The position numbers and the translations under genes are program-made. Of a stretch of 64,000 bases of DNA, positions 28,800 to 37,090 are shown piece after piece. The stretch covers positions 24,843 to 88,842 of the forward strand of contig CAWBGR010000012.1 in assembly GCA_963788385.1 (NCBI GenBank). Direction: 5' to 3'. The notes under the pieces are model-generated. The model was not told the origin of the DNA. It saw only the letters and a program-made list of their open reading frames with translations, and ran no database searches. Position 1 is the stretch's first letter; each line of letters begins with the position of its first letter. This stretch comes from an uncultured Solirubrobacterales bacterium (GTDB taxonomy: Bacteria; Actinomycetota; Thermoleophilia; Solirubrobacterales; Solirubrobacteraceae).

Positions 28800-29285
28800 C
28801 TAGTGCTCGCTGCGGACATCCGCCATCAGCGCCACGGCGTGCGGCAGCGCGTCGGCGATCGCCGCGCCGGCCTGCTCGATCGACCGCGGCGAGCCCGGGA
28901 AGTTGATGATCAGGGTCGCCCCGCGAATGCCCGCCACGCCGCGCGAAAGCAGCCAGTGCTTGGTGTGCGCCCGCGACGCGTCGCGCATCGCATCGGCGAT
29001 GCCCGGCACCTCGCGTTCGATCACGCCCCGCGTGGCCTCCGGTGTGACATCGCGCGGCGCCACGCCGGTGCCGCCGGTCGTCAGCACCAGCGCGCATCGA
29101 TCGACGTCGCTGAAGTGGCGAAGGCGCCCCGCGATCAGCTCCCGCTCGTCGGAGATCACCTCGCGCGCGACGACCTCGCCGCCGATGCCCGAGGCGAACT
29201 GCTCGAGGCGATCGCCGCTCTCGTCGCCACCCACGCCTGCCGCCCGCGACGTGCTCACCGTGATGATCGCCACCCGCACGCTCAT
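28800..29285 (-). CDS. mog: molybdenum cofactor biosynthesis protein MogA/MoaB family (MPT adenylyltransferase-like), 161 aa
   Basis: VAIITVSTSRA...LVLTTGGTGVAPRDVTPEA...INFPGSP motifs. ATG at 29285 overlaps the moaC stop (ATGA). Confidence 0.85.
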   Translation of the reverse strand: MSVRVAIITVSTSRAAGVGGDESGDRLEQFASGIGGEVVAREVISDERELIAGRLRHFSDVDRCALVLTTGGTGVAPRDVTPEATRGVIEREVPGIADAMRDASRAHTKHWLLSRGVAGIRGATLIINFPGSPRSIEQAGAAIADALPHAVALMADVRSEH

Positions 29286-29770
29286 TCGCCTTCTTCCAGG
29301 CGCCAGTCGCTGCGCCCACCGGTCTTCTCGAGCAGCACGACCTGCTCGACCGCCACCCCGCGCTCGAGTCCCTTGACCATGTCGTAGACGGTCAGCGCAG
29401 CCACGCTGGCGGCGACCATCGCCTCCATCTCCACCCCGGTGGCGGCCGACACGGACACCTCGGAGATCAGTTCGACGAGGCCGCCCTCGACGTCCACCCC
29501 TGCCCGCACGTCGACGAAGCTGAGCCCGATCGGGTGCGCGAGCGGAATCAGCGCAGCGGTCTGCTTGGCCGCCATGATCCCGGCGAGACGGGCGGTGCCG
29601 AGCACCTCCCCCTTCGCCACGTTGCCGGCGACTATCGCCGCCGCGGTCTCGCGCGACATGCGGACTCGCGCGCGCGCCAGAGCGCGACGTTCGCTCACCG
29701 GCTTGGCGCCGACGTCGACCATCCGGGCGTTGCCGCCGGCGTCGAGGTGCGTGAGGCGCTCGCCGCTCAC
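29282..29770 (-). CDS. moaC: cyclic pyranopterin monophosphate synthase accessory/catalytic protein MoaC
   Basis: LTHLDAGGNARMVDVGAKPVSERRA...KGEVLGTARLAGIMAAKQTAALIPLAHP...EMEAMVAASVAALTVYDM. Confidence 0.95.
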   Translation of the reverse strand: MSGERLTHLDAGGNARMVDVGAKPVSERRALARARVRMSRETAAAIVAGNVAKGEVLGTARLAGIMAAKQTAALIPLAHPIGLSFVDVRAGVDVEGGLVELISEVSVSAATGVEMEAMVAASVAALTVYDMVKGLERGVAVEQVVLLEKTGGRSDWRLEEGE

Positions 29771-30444
29771 GGTCCGGCCGCCTCCGCCGGCGACGCCACG
29801 GTCTCGCCCGCCACCCAGCTTGCCTCACCGCCGTTCAGCTCCCGCTTCCAGATCGGCGCCTCGGCTTTGATCCGGTCGATCAGCTCGCGGGCGCCGGCGA
29901 AGGCTGCATCCCGGTGCGCCGCCGAGACCGCCACGACGACGCCCGGCTCCCCCAGCCCAACGCGGCCCACGCGGTGCTCGGCCGCCGCGGCCGCCAGGCC
30001 ATGGCGCTGCACGCACTCGGCTGCGATCGCCGCCATTCGCTCCTGCGCCATCTCGCGATAGGCCTCGTAGTCGAGAAACTCGACGTCGCGAACGGTGCCC
30101 TCGAAGGTGACGACGGCCCCCGCACCCGGCCGGCGCACAAGGTCGGTTACACGAGCTGGCACGATCGGGGCCTCGGTGACTGTGGTGTGCGGTCCCTCCC
30201 CACCACTCACCGGCGGCAGCAGGGCAAGCTCGTCGCCCGCATGCAGCCGCGTGTCCTCCCCGACCAGTTCGCGGTTGACGGCCATCCGCACCGGCAGCCG
30301 CGGGAGCAGATCGGCAAGCGGCGAATCCGCCGCGAGCGCCGCCAGCGCGTCGGCCACCGTCGCCCCGTCAGCCAGCTCCGCCTGGATCGCATCGGCTCCC
30401 GCGCGCTCGCGCAGCTGGGCGAAAAGTCGTATCCGCACGATCAT
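29767..30444 (-). CDS. fused molybdopterin synthase: MoaD (sulfur-carrier, residues 1-82 ending GG) + MoaE (catalytic subunit)
   Basis: N-terminal ubiquitin-like MoaD (MIVRIRLFAQLRERAG...GDELALLPPVSGG) runs straight into a MoaE-like domain (GAVVTFEGTVRD...HRVGRVGLGEPGVVVAVSAAHRDAAF...IKAEAPIWKRE). Confidence 0.85.
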   Translation of the reverse strand: MIVRIRLFAQLRERAGADAIQAELADGATVADALAALAADSPLADLLPRLPVRMAVNRELVGEDTRLHAGDELALLPPVSGGEGPHTTVTEAPIVPARVTDLVRRPGAGAVVTFEGTVRDVEFLDYEAYREMAQERMAAIAAECVQRHGLAAAAAEHRVGRVGLGEPGVVVAVSAAHRDAAFAGARELIDRIKAEAPIWKRELNGGEASWVAGETVASPAEAAGP

Positions 30445-30508
30445 GACCCGCTCAGCCTACCCCGCGCCTGCCCGCGGCTCCTCGAGGCGGCCCTGTTATC
30501 TTCGCGTG

Positions 30509-31507
30509 ATGGCGGGACGCACGCAACTGACGGACGGCCACGGACGCGCGATCGGCGATCTGCGCCTCTCGGTGACCGACCGCTGTGGCTTCCGCTGCCG
30601 CTACTGCATGCCGGCGGAGGGCATGCAGTGGCTCGACCGCGCGGAGCTGTTGACCTTCGAGGAGATCGAGCGCCTCGTGCGCGTCCTCGTCGAAATGGGC
30701 GTACGCGACGTCCGCCTCACCGGCGGCGAACCGCTCCTGCGCCGCCAGCTGCCCCGGCTGGTCGCGATGCTGGCGGCGATCCCCGGGCTGGGCGAGCTGG
30801 CGCTGACGACCAACGGCTACCAGCTCGAGCGCGACGCCGACGCCCTCGTCCACGCGGGCGTAACACGCTTCAACGTCTCCGTCGACTCCCTCCAGCGCGA
30901 GCGTTTCAGCGAGATGACACGCCGCGACGCGCTGGACAGGGTCCTGCGCGGCCTTGCGACGCTCGCCTCCTTCCCCCAGGCCCACCCGATCAAGGTCAAT
31001 GCGGTGGCGATGCGCGGTTTCACCGAGACGGAGGTGATCCCGTTCGCCCGCTTCGCACGCGAGCACCCCTACGAGGTCCGCTTCATCGAGTTCATGCCGC
31101 TCGACGCCGACCACGCCTGGACTGCCGGCGACGTCTTGAGCGGCGAGGAGATCCGCGCCGCGATCCATGCCGTCTACCCGCTCGAGCCCGAACCCCGCAA
31201 GCCCAGCGCGACCTCACGAACCTTCCGCTTCGCCGACGGCCGCGGCCGAATCGGCTTCATCAACCCCGTTTCCGAGCCCTTCTGCGGCGACTGCAACAGG
31301 ATCCGCGTGACCGCCGACGGCCAGCTGCGCACGTGCCTTTTCTCGCTGCGCGAAACGGACCTGCGCGCTGTTCTGCGCGGCGGTGGCGGCGACGACGAGC
31401 TCGAGACCGTCCTGCGCGACGCCGTCTGGCGCAAGGAGCTCAAGCACCACATCGGCGATCCGGGCTTCGTCCAGCCCGCCCGCACGATGTCGGCCATCGG
31501 CGGTTGA
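30509..31507 (+). CDS. moaA: GTP 3',8-cyclase MoaA (radical SAM)
   Basis: LRLSVTDRCGFRCRYCMP (CxxxCxxC cluster), RLTGGEPLLR, C-terminal FCGDCNRIRVTADGQLRTCLF. ATG at 30509; the upstream part of ORF 30095.. is antisense to moaDE. Confidence 0.95.
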   Translation: MAGRTQLTDGHGRAIGDLRLSVTDRCGFRCRYCMPAEGMQWLDRAELLTFEEIERLVRVLVEMGVRDVRLTGGEPLLRRQLPRLVAMLAAIPGLGELALTTNGYQLERDADALVHAGVTRFNVSVDSLQRERFSEMTRRDALDRVLRGLATLASFPQAHPIKVNAVAMRGFTETEVIPFARFAREHPYEVRFIEFMPLDADHAWTAGDVLSGEEIRAAIHAVYPLEPEPRKPSATSRTFRFADGRGRIGFINPVSEPFCGDCNRIRVTADGQLRTCLFSLRETDLRAVLRGGGGDDELETVLRDAVWRKELKHHIGDPGFVQPARTMSAIGG

Positions 31508-31509
31508 TG

Positions 31510-31539
31510 GGGTGAGTGGGTGCGGGGCACCCCTCACCC
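31510..31539. terminator. strong GC hairpin between convergent moaA and moeA (candidate bidirectional terminator)
   Basis: gggtgag-t-gggtgc-ggg-gcaccc-ctcaccc: 13 bp with one bulge. Begins 3 nt after the moaA stop. Confidence 0.45.
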
Positions 31540-31575
31540 GGGCAGACCGCGCCGCAGCCGACGGCCGCCGCGCTC

Positions 31576-32772
31576 TCAGAGGAGTTCGATCGTGACCTGC
31601 TCGCCGGCCGCGACCGCGCCGCTGCCGGCCGGGATCAGCGCCAGCGCGTCGGCGCCCAGCATCGAGGTGAGGATGTGTGAGTCCTGCACGCCGGTCGGCC
31701 TCACATGCCAGCCGTCCGGGCGCAGTTCGAGCCGGCAGCGAACGGCCTCGACGCGCGCTGGCGTGCGCCGGCAATCCTCATCGAGTGTCGCGACCGTCCG
31801 CCGGCGCTCCGGCGGCTCGCCGGCGAGCGCCTGCAGCGCCGGGCGCGCGAACAGCAGGAAGGTGACGAGCGACGACACGGGGTTGCCCGGCAAACCGAAC
31901 ACGAGCGTCTGCTCGCGGGTGCCGAACCAGAACGGCTTGCCCGGCCGAAGCGCCACGCCCGCGATATGTCGCTGCACGCGCAGGCCGTCGAGAACCGCGG
32001 CCACGTGATCGTGTTCGCCCACCGACATCCCGCCCGTGATCACGGCCGCGTCGGCGCAGAGCGCCGCAGCGATCGCCTCACGGATCAGCGCCTCCTCGTC
32101 GCGGGCGTGCACGACGGACACGACCTGCGCCCCCGCCTGCTCGACGAGCGCGGGGATCACGAACGCGCTCGAGTTGCGCACCGAGCCGGGCCGCGGCTGC
32201 TCGTCCACCGCGAGCAGCTCGTCGCCGGTGGTGACGACGGCGACGCGCGGGCGCGGGCCGGTCGAGACGACCGGGCGGCCCATGGATGCGAGCACGCCAA
32301 GCTCGGCGGGGCCGAGTCGCACGCCCGGCTCGAGCACCGTCTCGCCCGCTCGCACGTCCTCGCCCGCCCGGCGCACGAACCGGCCCGCCTCGACGCCGAT
32401 CAAGAGCTCGACCTCGTCAGCGTGGCGCCGCGTCTGCTCGACTGCCACGACAGCGTCGGCACCCGCCGGGATCGCCGCTCCGGTCGAGATCGCGCATGCC
32501 TCCCCCGCCGCGAGCACCGCCGCGGACGGCGCGCCCGCCCTTGACTCATCGACGATCACCAGCCGGGCGCCAGCGCCGCTGTCGGCGGCCCGGACCGCGA
32601 AGCCGTCCATCGCCGAGTTGTCGAACGACGGCACGTCTTCGGGCGCCCGGATCTGCTCGGCAAGCACCCGCCCGAGCGCCTCGCCCAGCGCCACCGTCTG
32701 GGGCTCAAGCGGCTGCGAATGCTCGAGCACGAGTGTGCGCGCGGCCTCGAACTCGGTCAGCTCCGTGGTCAC
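31576..32772 (-). CDS. moeA: molybdopterin molybdenumtransferase MoeA
   Basis: DVPSFDNSAMDGFAVRAAD, AISTGAAIPAGADAVV, ITGGMSVGEHD, GLPGNPVSS motifs. 398 aa. Confidence 0.9.
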   Translation of the reverse strand: MTTELTEFEAARTLVLEHSQPLEPQTVALGEALGRVLAEQIRAPEDVPSFDNSAMDGFAVRAADSGAGARLVIVDESRAGAPSAAVLAAGEACAISTGAAIPAGADAVVAVEQTRRHADEVELLIGVEAGRFVRRAGEDVRAGETVLEPGVRLGPAELGVLASMGRPVVSTGPRPRVAVVTTGDELLAVDEQPRPGSVRNSSAFVIPALVEQAGAQVVSVVHARDEEALIREAIAAALCADAAVITGGMSVGEHDHVAAVLDGLRVQRHIAGVALRPGKPFWFGTREQTLVFGLPGNPVSSLVTFLLFARPALQALAGEPPERRRTVATLDEDCRRTPARVEAVRCRLELRPDGWHVRPTGVQDSHILTSMLGADALALIPAGSGAVAAGEQVTIELL

Positions 32773-32965
32773 CGCCGAAGCACTCTATTCACGCCCGGGC
32801 GCGGCCGAGCGCCGCCGGTGCAGGCGGGTCCGGTATCTTTGCGCGCTCCGCGGCTTCGGTTTGGGAGGGCGGTGCGCGCCCGTGTGAGCGCACGGCGCGG
32901 GCTCGCGGGCGGCTGTGCTGGCGTGGCGTCATCCGTTTGTCCCCTGTCGAGGTTCGGGAGTTTTG

Positions 32966-34174
32966 ATGAGTTCTGATTCTGGGTTTCTGTTCACGTCGGA
33001 GTCGGTCACGGAAGGCCACCCCGACAAGATCGCCGACCAGGTTTCCGACGGTGTGCTGGACGCCGTGCTGAGCGATGATCCCTACGCGAGGGTGGCGTGC
33101 GAGACGCTGGTCACCACCGGACTGGTGGTGGTTGCCGGGGAGATCACCACCTCGACCTTCGTCGACATCCCGGCCGTCGTGCGCGAGACCGTGCGGCGGA
33201 TCGGCTACGACGACGCGACCGCCGGCTTCGACTGCGACACCTGCGCGGTGATCTCGACGATCGACCGCCAGTCGCCCGACATCGCCCAGGGCGTCAGTGA
33301 GGCGTTCGAGCGGCGCGCCTCCGGATCCGGCGACGAACTGGACCTCGCGGGCGCCGGCGACCAGGGCATGATGTTCGGCTACGCCTCGGATGAGACGCCG
33401 GAGCTGATGCCCCTGCCGATCTCTGTGGCGCACCGCCTCGCGGAGCGCCTTTCAGCGGTGCGCAAGGACGGCACGCTGGGGTACCTGCGCCCGGACGGCA
33501 AGACCCAGGTCAGCGTGCGCTACGAGGGCGGCCGGCCGGTCGCGATCGAGAAGCTCCTGATCTCCACCCAGCACGCCGACGGCGTCGATTCGGAAACCCA
33601 GATCAAGGCCGACCTGTGGGAGCACGTCGTGACAGCCGTGCTGCCGGAGGCGCTCTACGACCCGGCCGCGCTGCGCCGCGACTTCCTCGTGAACCCGACC
33701 GGGCGCTTCGTGATCGGTGGCCCGATGGGCGACTGCGGACTGACGGGCCGCAAGATCATCGTCGACACCTACGGCGGGATGGCCCGCCACGGCGGCGGCG
33801 CGTTCAGCGGCAAGGACCCTTCGAAGGTCGACCGCTCAGCCGCCTACGCCGCCCGCTGGGTCGCGAAGAACTGCGTCGCCGCCGGCCTTGCGCAGCGGCT
33901 CGAGGTCCAGGTCGCCTACGCGATCGGCGTCGCTCACCCCGTCTCGGTGATGGTCGAGACGTTCGGCACCGAGCGCGTCGACCGCGCGAAGATCGCGGCC
34001 CTCATCGACGAGCACTTCGACCTGCGGCCGGGCGCGTTCCGCGAAGAGTTGAAGTTGCACCGGCCGATCTACCAGGCGACCGCCGCCTACGGGCACTTCG
34101 GCCGCGATCACCCCGACTTCACCTGGGAGCACACCGGCAAGGCAGACGCGTTGCGAGCCGCCGCGGGGCTATGA
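32966..34174 (+). CDS. metK: S-adenosylmethionine synthase
   Basis: [58 protein letters not shown]: canonical MetK motifs. ATG at 32966 chosen over the longest ORF (32915). Confidence 0.97.
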   Translation: MSSDSGFLFTSESVTEGHPDKIADQVSDGVLDAVLSDDPYARVACETLVTTGLVVVAGEITTSTFVDIPAVVRETVRRIGYDDATAGFDCDTCAVISTIDRQSPDIAQGVSEAFERRASGSGDELDLAGAGDQGMMFGYASDETPELMPLPISVAHRLAERLSAVRKDGTLGYLRPDGKTQVSVRYEGGRPVAIEKLLISTQHADGVDSETQIKADLWEHVVTAVLPEALYDPAALRRDFLVNPTGRFVIGGPMGDCGLTGRKIIVDTYGGMARHGGGAFSGKDPSKVDRSAAYAARWVAKNCVAAGLAQRLEVQVAYAIGVAHPVSVMVETFGTERVDRAKIAALIDEHFDLRPGAFREELKLHRPIYQATAAYGHFGRDHPDFTWEHTGKADALRAAAGL

Positions 34175-34207
34175 GCGCTTCCGCGGCACGCGCGCCGGCC
34201 TGACCGA

Positions 34208-35632
34208 ATGCGCGAGGAGCCCGCAGGGTCGCTGTCGCTGGCGGGCCGCGAGGCGGTGCTCGAGCACGCCGCGGCACTGATCCTCGAGACCTGGCGCTCC
34301 TTCGATACCGCTCGCGCCGGCCAGCCCCTTGCGGGCGAGCGCCACCTGTCGCTGCTGCGCGAGGCGCTGCCGCAGTCTCCCGGCGAGGCCGTCCGCGAGC
34401 TCGACGCGGCGGCCGAGGTTCTCGACGTCTCGTTGACCCAGGCGCGGCCGCGCTTCTTCGGCTGGATCGGCGGCTCGGGACTCGAGATCGGCGTGCTCGC
34501 AGACGCGCTGATGGCTTCCCACGACGTCAACGTCGCGCTGAGCGCAGGCGCCGCAACCTTGCTCGAGCGCCAGACGGTGCGCTGGGCGGGCGAGTTCGTC
34601 GGCTTCGCTTCGGGCGCCGACGGACTGATGGCCGCGGGCGGCACGCTCTCAAACCTGACGGCGCTGACCGCGGCGCGCGAGCGCGCGATCCCCGGCGCGC
34701 GCTACGAGGGGCTCGCCGGCCACCGTCTCGCGCTCTACTGCTCCGCCGAGGCGCACTACTCGGTGCGCCGCGCCGCGGAGGTGCTGGGCATCGGCGGGCA
34801 CAGCGTGCGCGCGATCGCGATCGACTCGAACCGCCGCATGGACCCGGGCGCCTGCGCTGCGGCGATCGACGCCGACCGCCGGGCGGGCATCGTCGCGGTC
34901 GCAGTGGTGGCGACCGCCGGCACGACGCTGACCGGTGCGGTCGACGATCTGGAGGCGCTGGCCGATGTCTGCGCCGGCCGCGAGGTGTGGCTGCACGTCG
35001 ACGGCGCCTACGGCCTGCCGGCGGCCTCCACGGCACTCGCCGGGCACCTCTTCAAGGGCCTCGCCCGGGCGGACTCGGCGACCGTCGACGCCCACAAGTG
35101 GCTCTACGTGCCGAAGGCGTGCAGCGTGCTGCTTGTGCGTGACGCGGCGGCGCTCGAGAGCGCGTTCAGCCACGACGAGAGCTATGTCCCCCACACCGAC
35201 CGCGAGGCCATCCACCCCGTAGATCGAACGCTCGAGTACTCGCGTCCGCTGAGCGCCCTGAAGCTGTGGCTCGCCTTCCGCGTGCACGGCGCCCAGGCGA
35301 TCGCCGCGGCGATCGAGCGCAACCTGCGCCAGGCTCGCCTGCTCGCCGAGCTGATCCGCGCGGATCCGCGGCTCGAGCTGCTCGTCGAGCCGCAGCTCTC
35401 GGCCGTCTGTTTTCGCCACCGCCCACCAAGCCACCTCACCGCCGTCGCCCACAACGCCGCGCTGGCCGCCGCGATCGCCGCCGACGGGCGCATCATGCTC
35501 GCCGCGGCGACCGTCGACGGCGTGCCGTGCCTTCGCGCCTGCATCGTCAACCACCGCACCAACGAGGACGACGTGCGCTCGATCGTGGCGGTGGTTCGCG
35601 AGCTCGGCGAGCGCGTCTCCCGAGCGGGCTAG
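34208..35632 (+). CDS. PLP-dependent group II amino-acid decarboxylase
   Basis: GGTLSNLTALTAAR, HVDGAYG, and the PLP-lysine motif SATVDAHKWLYVPKACSVLLV. Confidence 0.85.
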   Translation: MREEPAGSLSLAGREAVLEHAAALILETWRSFDTARAGQPLAGERHLSLLREALPQSPGEAVRELDAAAEVLDVSLTQARPRFFGWIGGSGLEIGVLADALMASHDVNVALSAGAATLLERQTVRWAGEFVGFASGADGLMAAGGTLSNLTALTAARERAIPGARYEGLAGHRLALYCSAEAHYSVRRAAEVLGIGGHSVRAIAIDSNRRMDPGACAAAIDADRRAGIVAVAVVATAGTTLTGAVDDLEALADVCAGREVWLHVDGAYGLPAASTALAGHLFKGLARADSATVDAHKWLYVPKACSVLLVRDAAALESAFSHDESYVPHTDREAIHPVDRTLEYSRPLSALKLWLAFRVHGAQAIAAAIERNLRQARLLAELIRADPRLELLVEPQLSAVCFRHRPPSHLTAVAHNAALAAAIAADGRIMLAAATVDGVPCLRACIVNHRTNEDDVRSIVAVVRELGERVSRAG

Positions 35633-36294
35633 CCCGCGAGGCCCTCCCACCACAGGCCAAACAGCTCCCACGCGTGACGGCGGGCGAGCGGTGCGAGCTC
35701 CTCGCTCTGCGCCCGCAGCTCCTCGGCGCTTACGCCGAGCTTCGCGAGCTCGGCCTCCGATCGCGACCAGGAGGCGATCACCTCCAGCGTGACCTCGGGG
35801 TGAAACTGCAGTCCCACGTGGCGGCCATGGCGAAACGCGGCCGGCCCGGCTTCGCTGTGGGCCAGCGGCTCGCCGCCCGGCGGCACGCTGAGCTGCTCGT
35901 AGTGCCAGTGGAACCACGGGCCGGGCGGAACGCCGTCGAGGGGCTCGGACAGCTCGAACCAGCCAATCTGCGGCTTGGACGCAGGCGACACCTCGCCACC
36001 CAGCGCGATCGACAGCGCCTGGCCGCCGAAGCACACCCCCAGCACCGGGATCTCCGCGGCCACCGCGTCGCGCAGCAACTCGATCTCCGCTGACACCCAC
36101 GGCGGATCGCTGCCCCTCGCCGACGACACCGAGCCCAGCGACGCGACGAAGGCAAAGCCGGCCAGGGCGGGCAGCGGCCCCTGGGTGACGTCGTGAACGA
36201 CGTAATCGCAGCCGTGCTCGCTCAGCCACTCCTCGAGCAGCGCGGCGGGCGCCTCGTCGCCGTGGCTGAGGATCAGCCCGCGTCTGGGAGCCAT
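35629..36294 (-). CDS. class I glutamine amidotransferase-like protein
   Basis: IPVLGVCFGGQALSIALGG (nucleophile-elbow Cys) and LQFHPE (His-Glu). ATG at 36294 (MAPRRGLILSHGDE...). Confidence 0.8.
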   Translation of the reverse strand: MAPRRGLILSHGDEAPAALLEEWLSEHGCDYVVHDVTQGPLPALAGFAFVASLGSVSSARGSDPPWVSAEIELLRDAVAAEIPVLGVCFGGQALSIALGGEVSPASKPQIGWFELSEPLDGVPPGPWFHWHYEQLSVPPGGEPLAHSEAGPAAFRHGRHVGLQFHPEVTLEVIASWSRSEAELAKLGVSAEELRAQSEELAPLARRHAWELFGLWWEGLAG

Positions 36295-36313
36295 CTCGCC
36301 GCCATCGCGCACG

Positions 36314-37063
36314 TCACAGCCACACCGTAGCGGCCAGCTCGCCGGCCAGTCGGTCGGCCACAGCAGCGCTTCGGCGCCCGGCACGCACCTGCGCGCGTGC
36401 GAGCAGCGCGAGTGAGCCGCTCAGCAGCACCACGTCCGCTTCGCGCAGCTGCGCGAGCGTCAAAGGCAGCTCGCGTGCATCGATACCCAGGCGCCGCGCG
36501 TGCTCGAGCACGGCGGCCCTGACGACACCCGGCAGAATCGAGCCGTCGAGCGGCGGCGTCGCGAGCACCCCGTCGCGCAGCAGGAACACGTTGGCCCGCG
36601 TCGTTTCGAGCAGTTCGTCCGAGCGGTTGACGAGCAGCGGTCGCACACCCGCCCCCGCGAGCCCCTCGATCTGCTCAAACCAGGATCGGTCGATCAGCTT
36701 GTGGGCCCCGGCGCCGCCCCTGACCCGAACCGCCATGAGCGTGACATTCGCCACCGGCAGCACGGCCGCACGATCCAGGGGCGCGATCTCGATCTCGATC
36801 GCCGGCGGCGAAGCCCCGTGCGGCAGCGCCTTGACGCGCAGTCGCGCGAGCGAGTGCCCTTCGGCGGCCTCCGCGAGCGCTGCGCCGAGTCCCGCTGGCA
36901 GCGCTGCGCCGTAGAGCAGGCGGACGCTCGCACGCAGCCGCGCCAGGTGACGGCTCGCCAGGTGCGGGCGCCCGTCGATCACCAGCAACGTCTCGAACAC
37001 GCCGAGGTCGGCCGCCGGCGCGCACACTGCGGCGAAGTCGAGCGGCGGTTCGGTCACGGCCAT
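36314..37063 (-). CDS. pabC: fold-type IV aminotransferase-like, probable aminodeoxychorismate lyase
   Basis: GVFETLLV, AHKLIDRS (Lys region), ETTRANVFLLRDGVLATPPLDGSILPGVVR. Divergent from pabAB. ATG at 37063; the rest of ORF 36314..38242 is antisense to pabAB. Confidence 0.75.
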   Translation of the reverse strand: MAVTEPPLDFAAVCAPAADLGVFETLLVIDGRPHLASRHLARLRASVRLLYGAALPAGLGAALAEAAEGHSLARLRVKALPHGASPPAIEIEIAPLDRAAVLPVANVTLMAVRVRGGAGAHKLIDRSWFEQIEGLAGAGVRPLLVNRSDELLETTRANVFLLRDGVLATPPLDGSILPGVVRAAVLEHARRLGIDARELPLTLAQLREADVVLLSGSLALLARAQVRAGRRSAAVADRLAGELAATVWL

Positions 37064-37090
37064 GGGCGCAATACTCGCGTAACGGCGATC

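Noticed and set aside
28603-29319. Long N-terminal extensions of the longest ORFs for coxD (27679..29319), mog (28800..29828), moaA (30095..), pabC (36314..38242), pabAB (36500..), hyuA, hyuB and the 994-aa ORF 50904..53888
   Set aside because: The extensions are Arg/Gly-rich and overlap neighbouring genes. The conserved family N-termini, RBS-like sequences or ATGA/GTGA overlaps identify internal starts, so I trimmed them.
32773-32965. Looked for a SAM riboswitch (SAM-I, SAM-IV or SAM-II-like) in the 193-nt leader of metK
   Set aside because: I could not recognise any of the conserved cores by eye. The region is just GC-rich with short hairpins. A cmsearch would be needed to exclude one formally.
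34649-36229. 526-aa minus-strand ORF; similarly 38579..40060 (-), 44555..45826 (+), 19018..20352 (-), 48093..49169 (+) and 51660..52577 (+)
   Set aside because: All lie antisense to, or frame-shifted relative to, genes with clear family motifs (decarboxylase, pabAB/LamG, MFS, GT39, desaturase, large secreted protein). All have the Arg/Gly/Asp-rich artefact composition.
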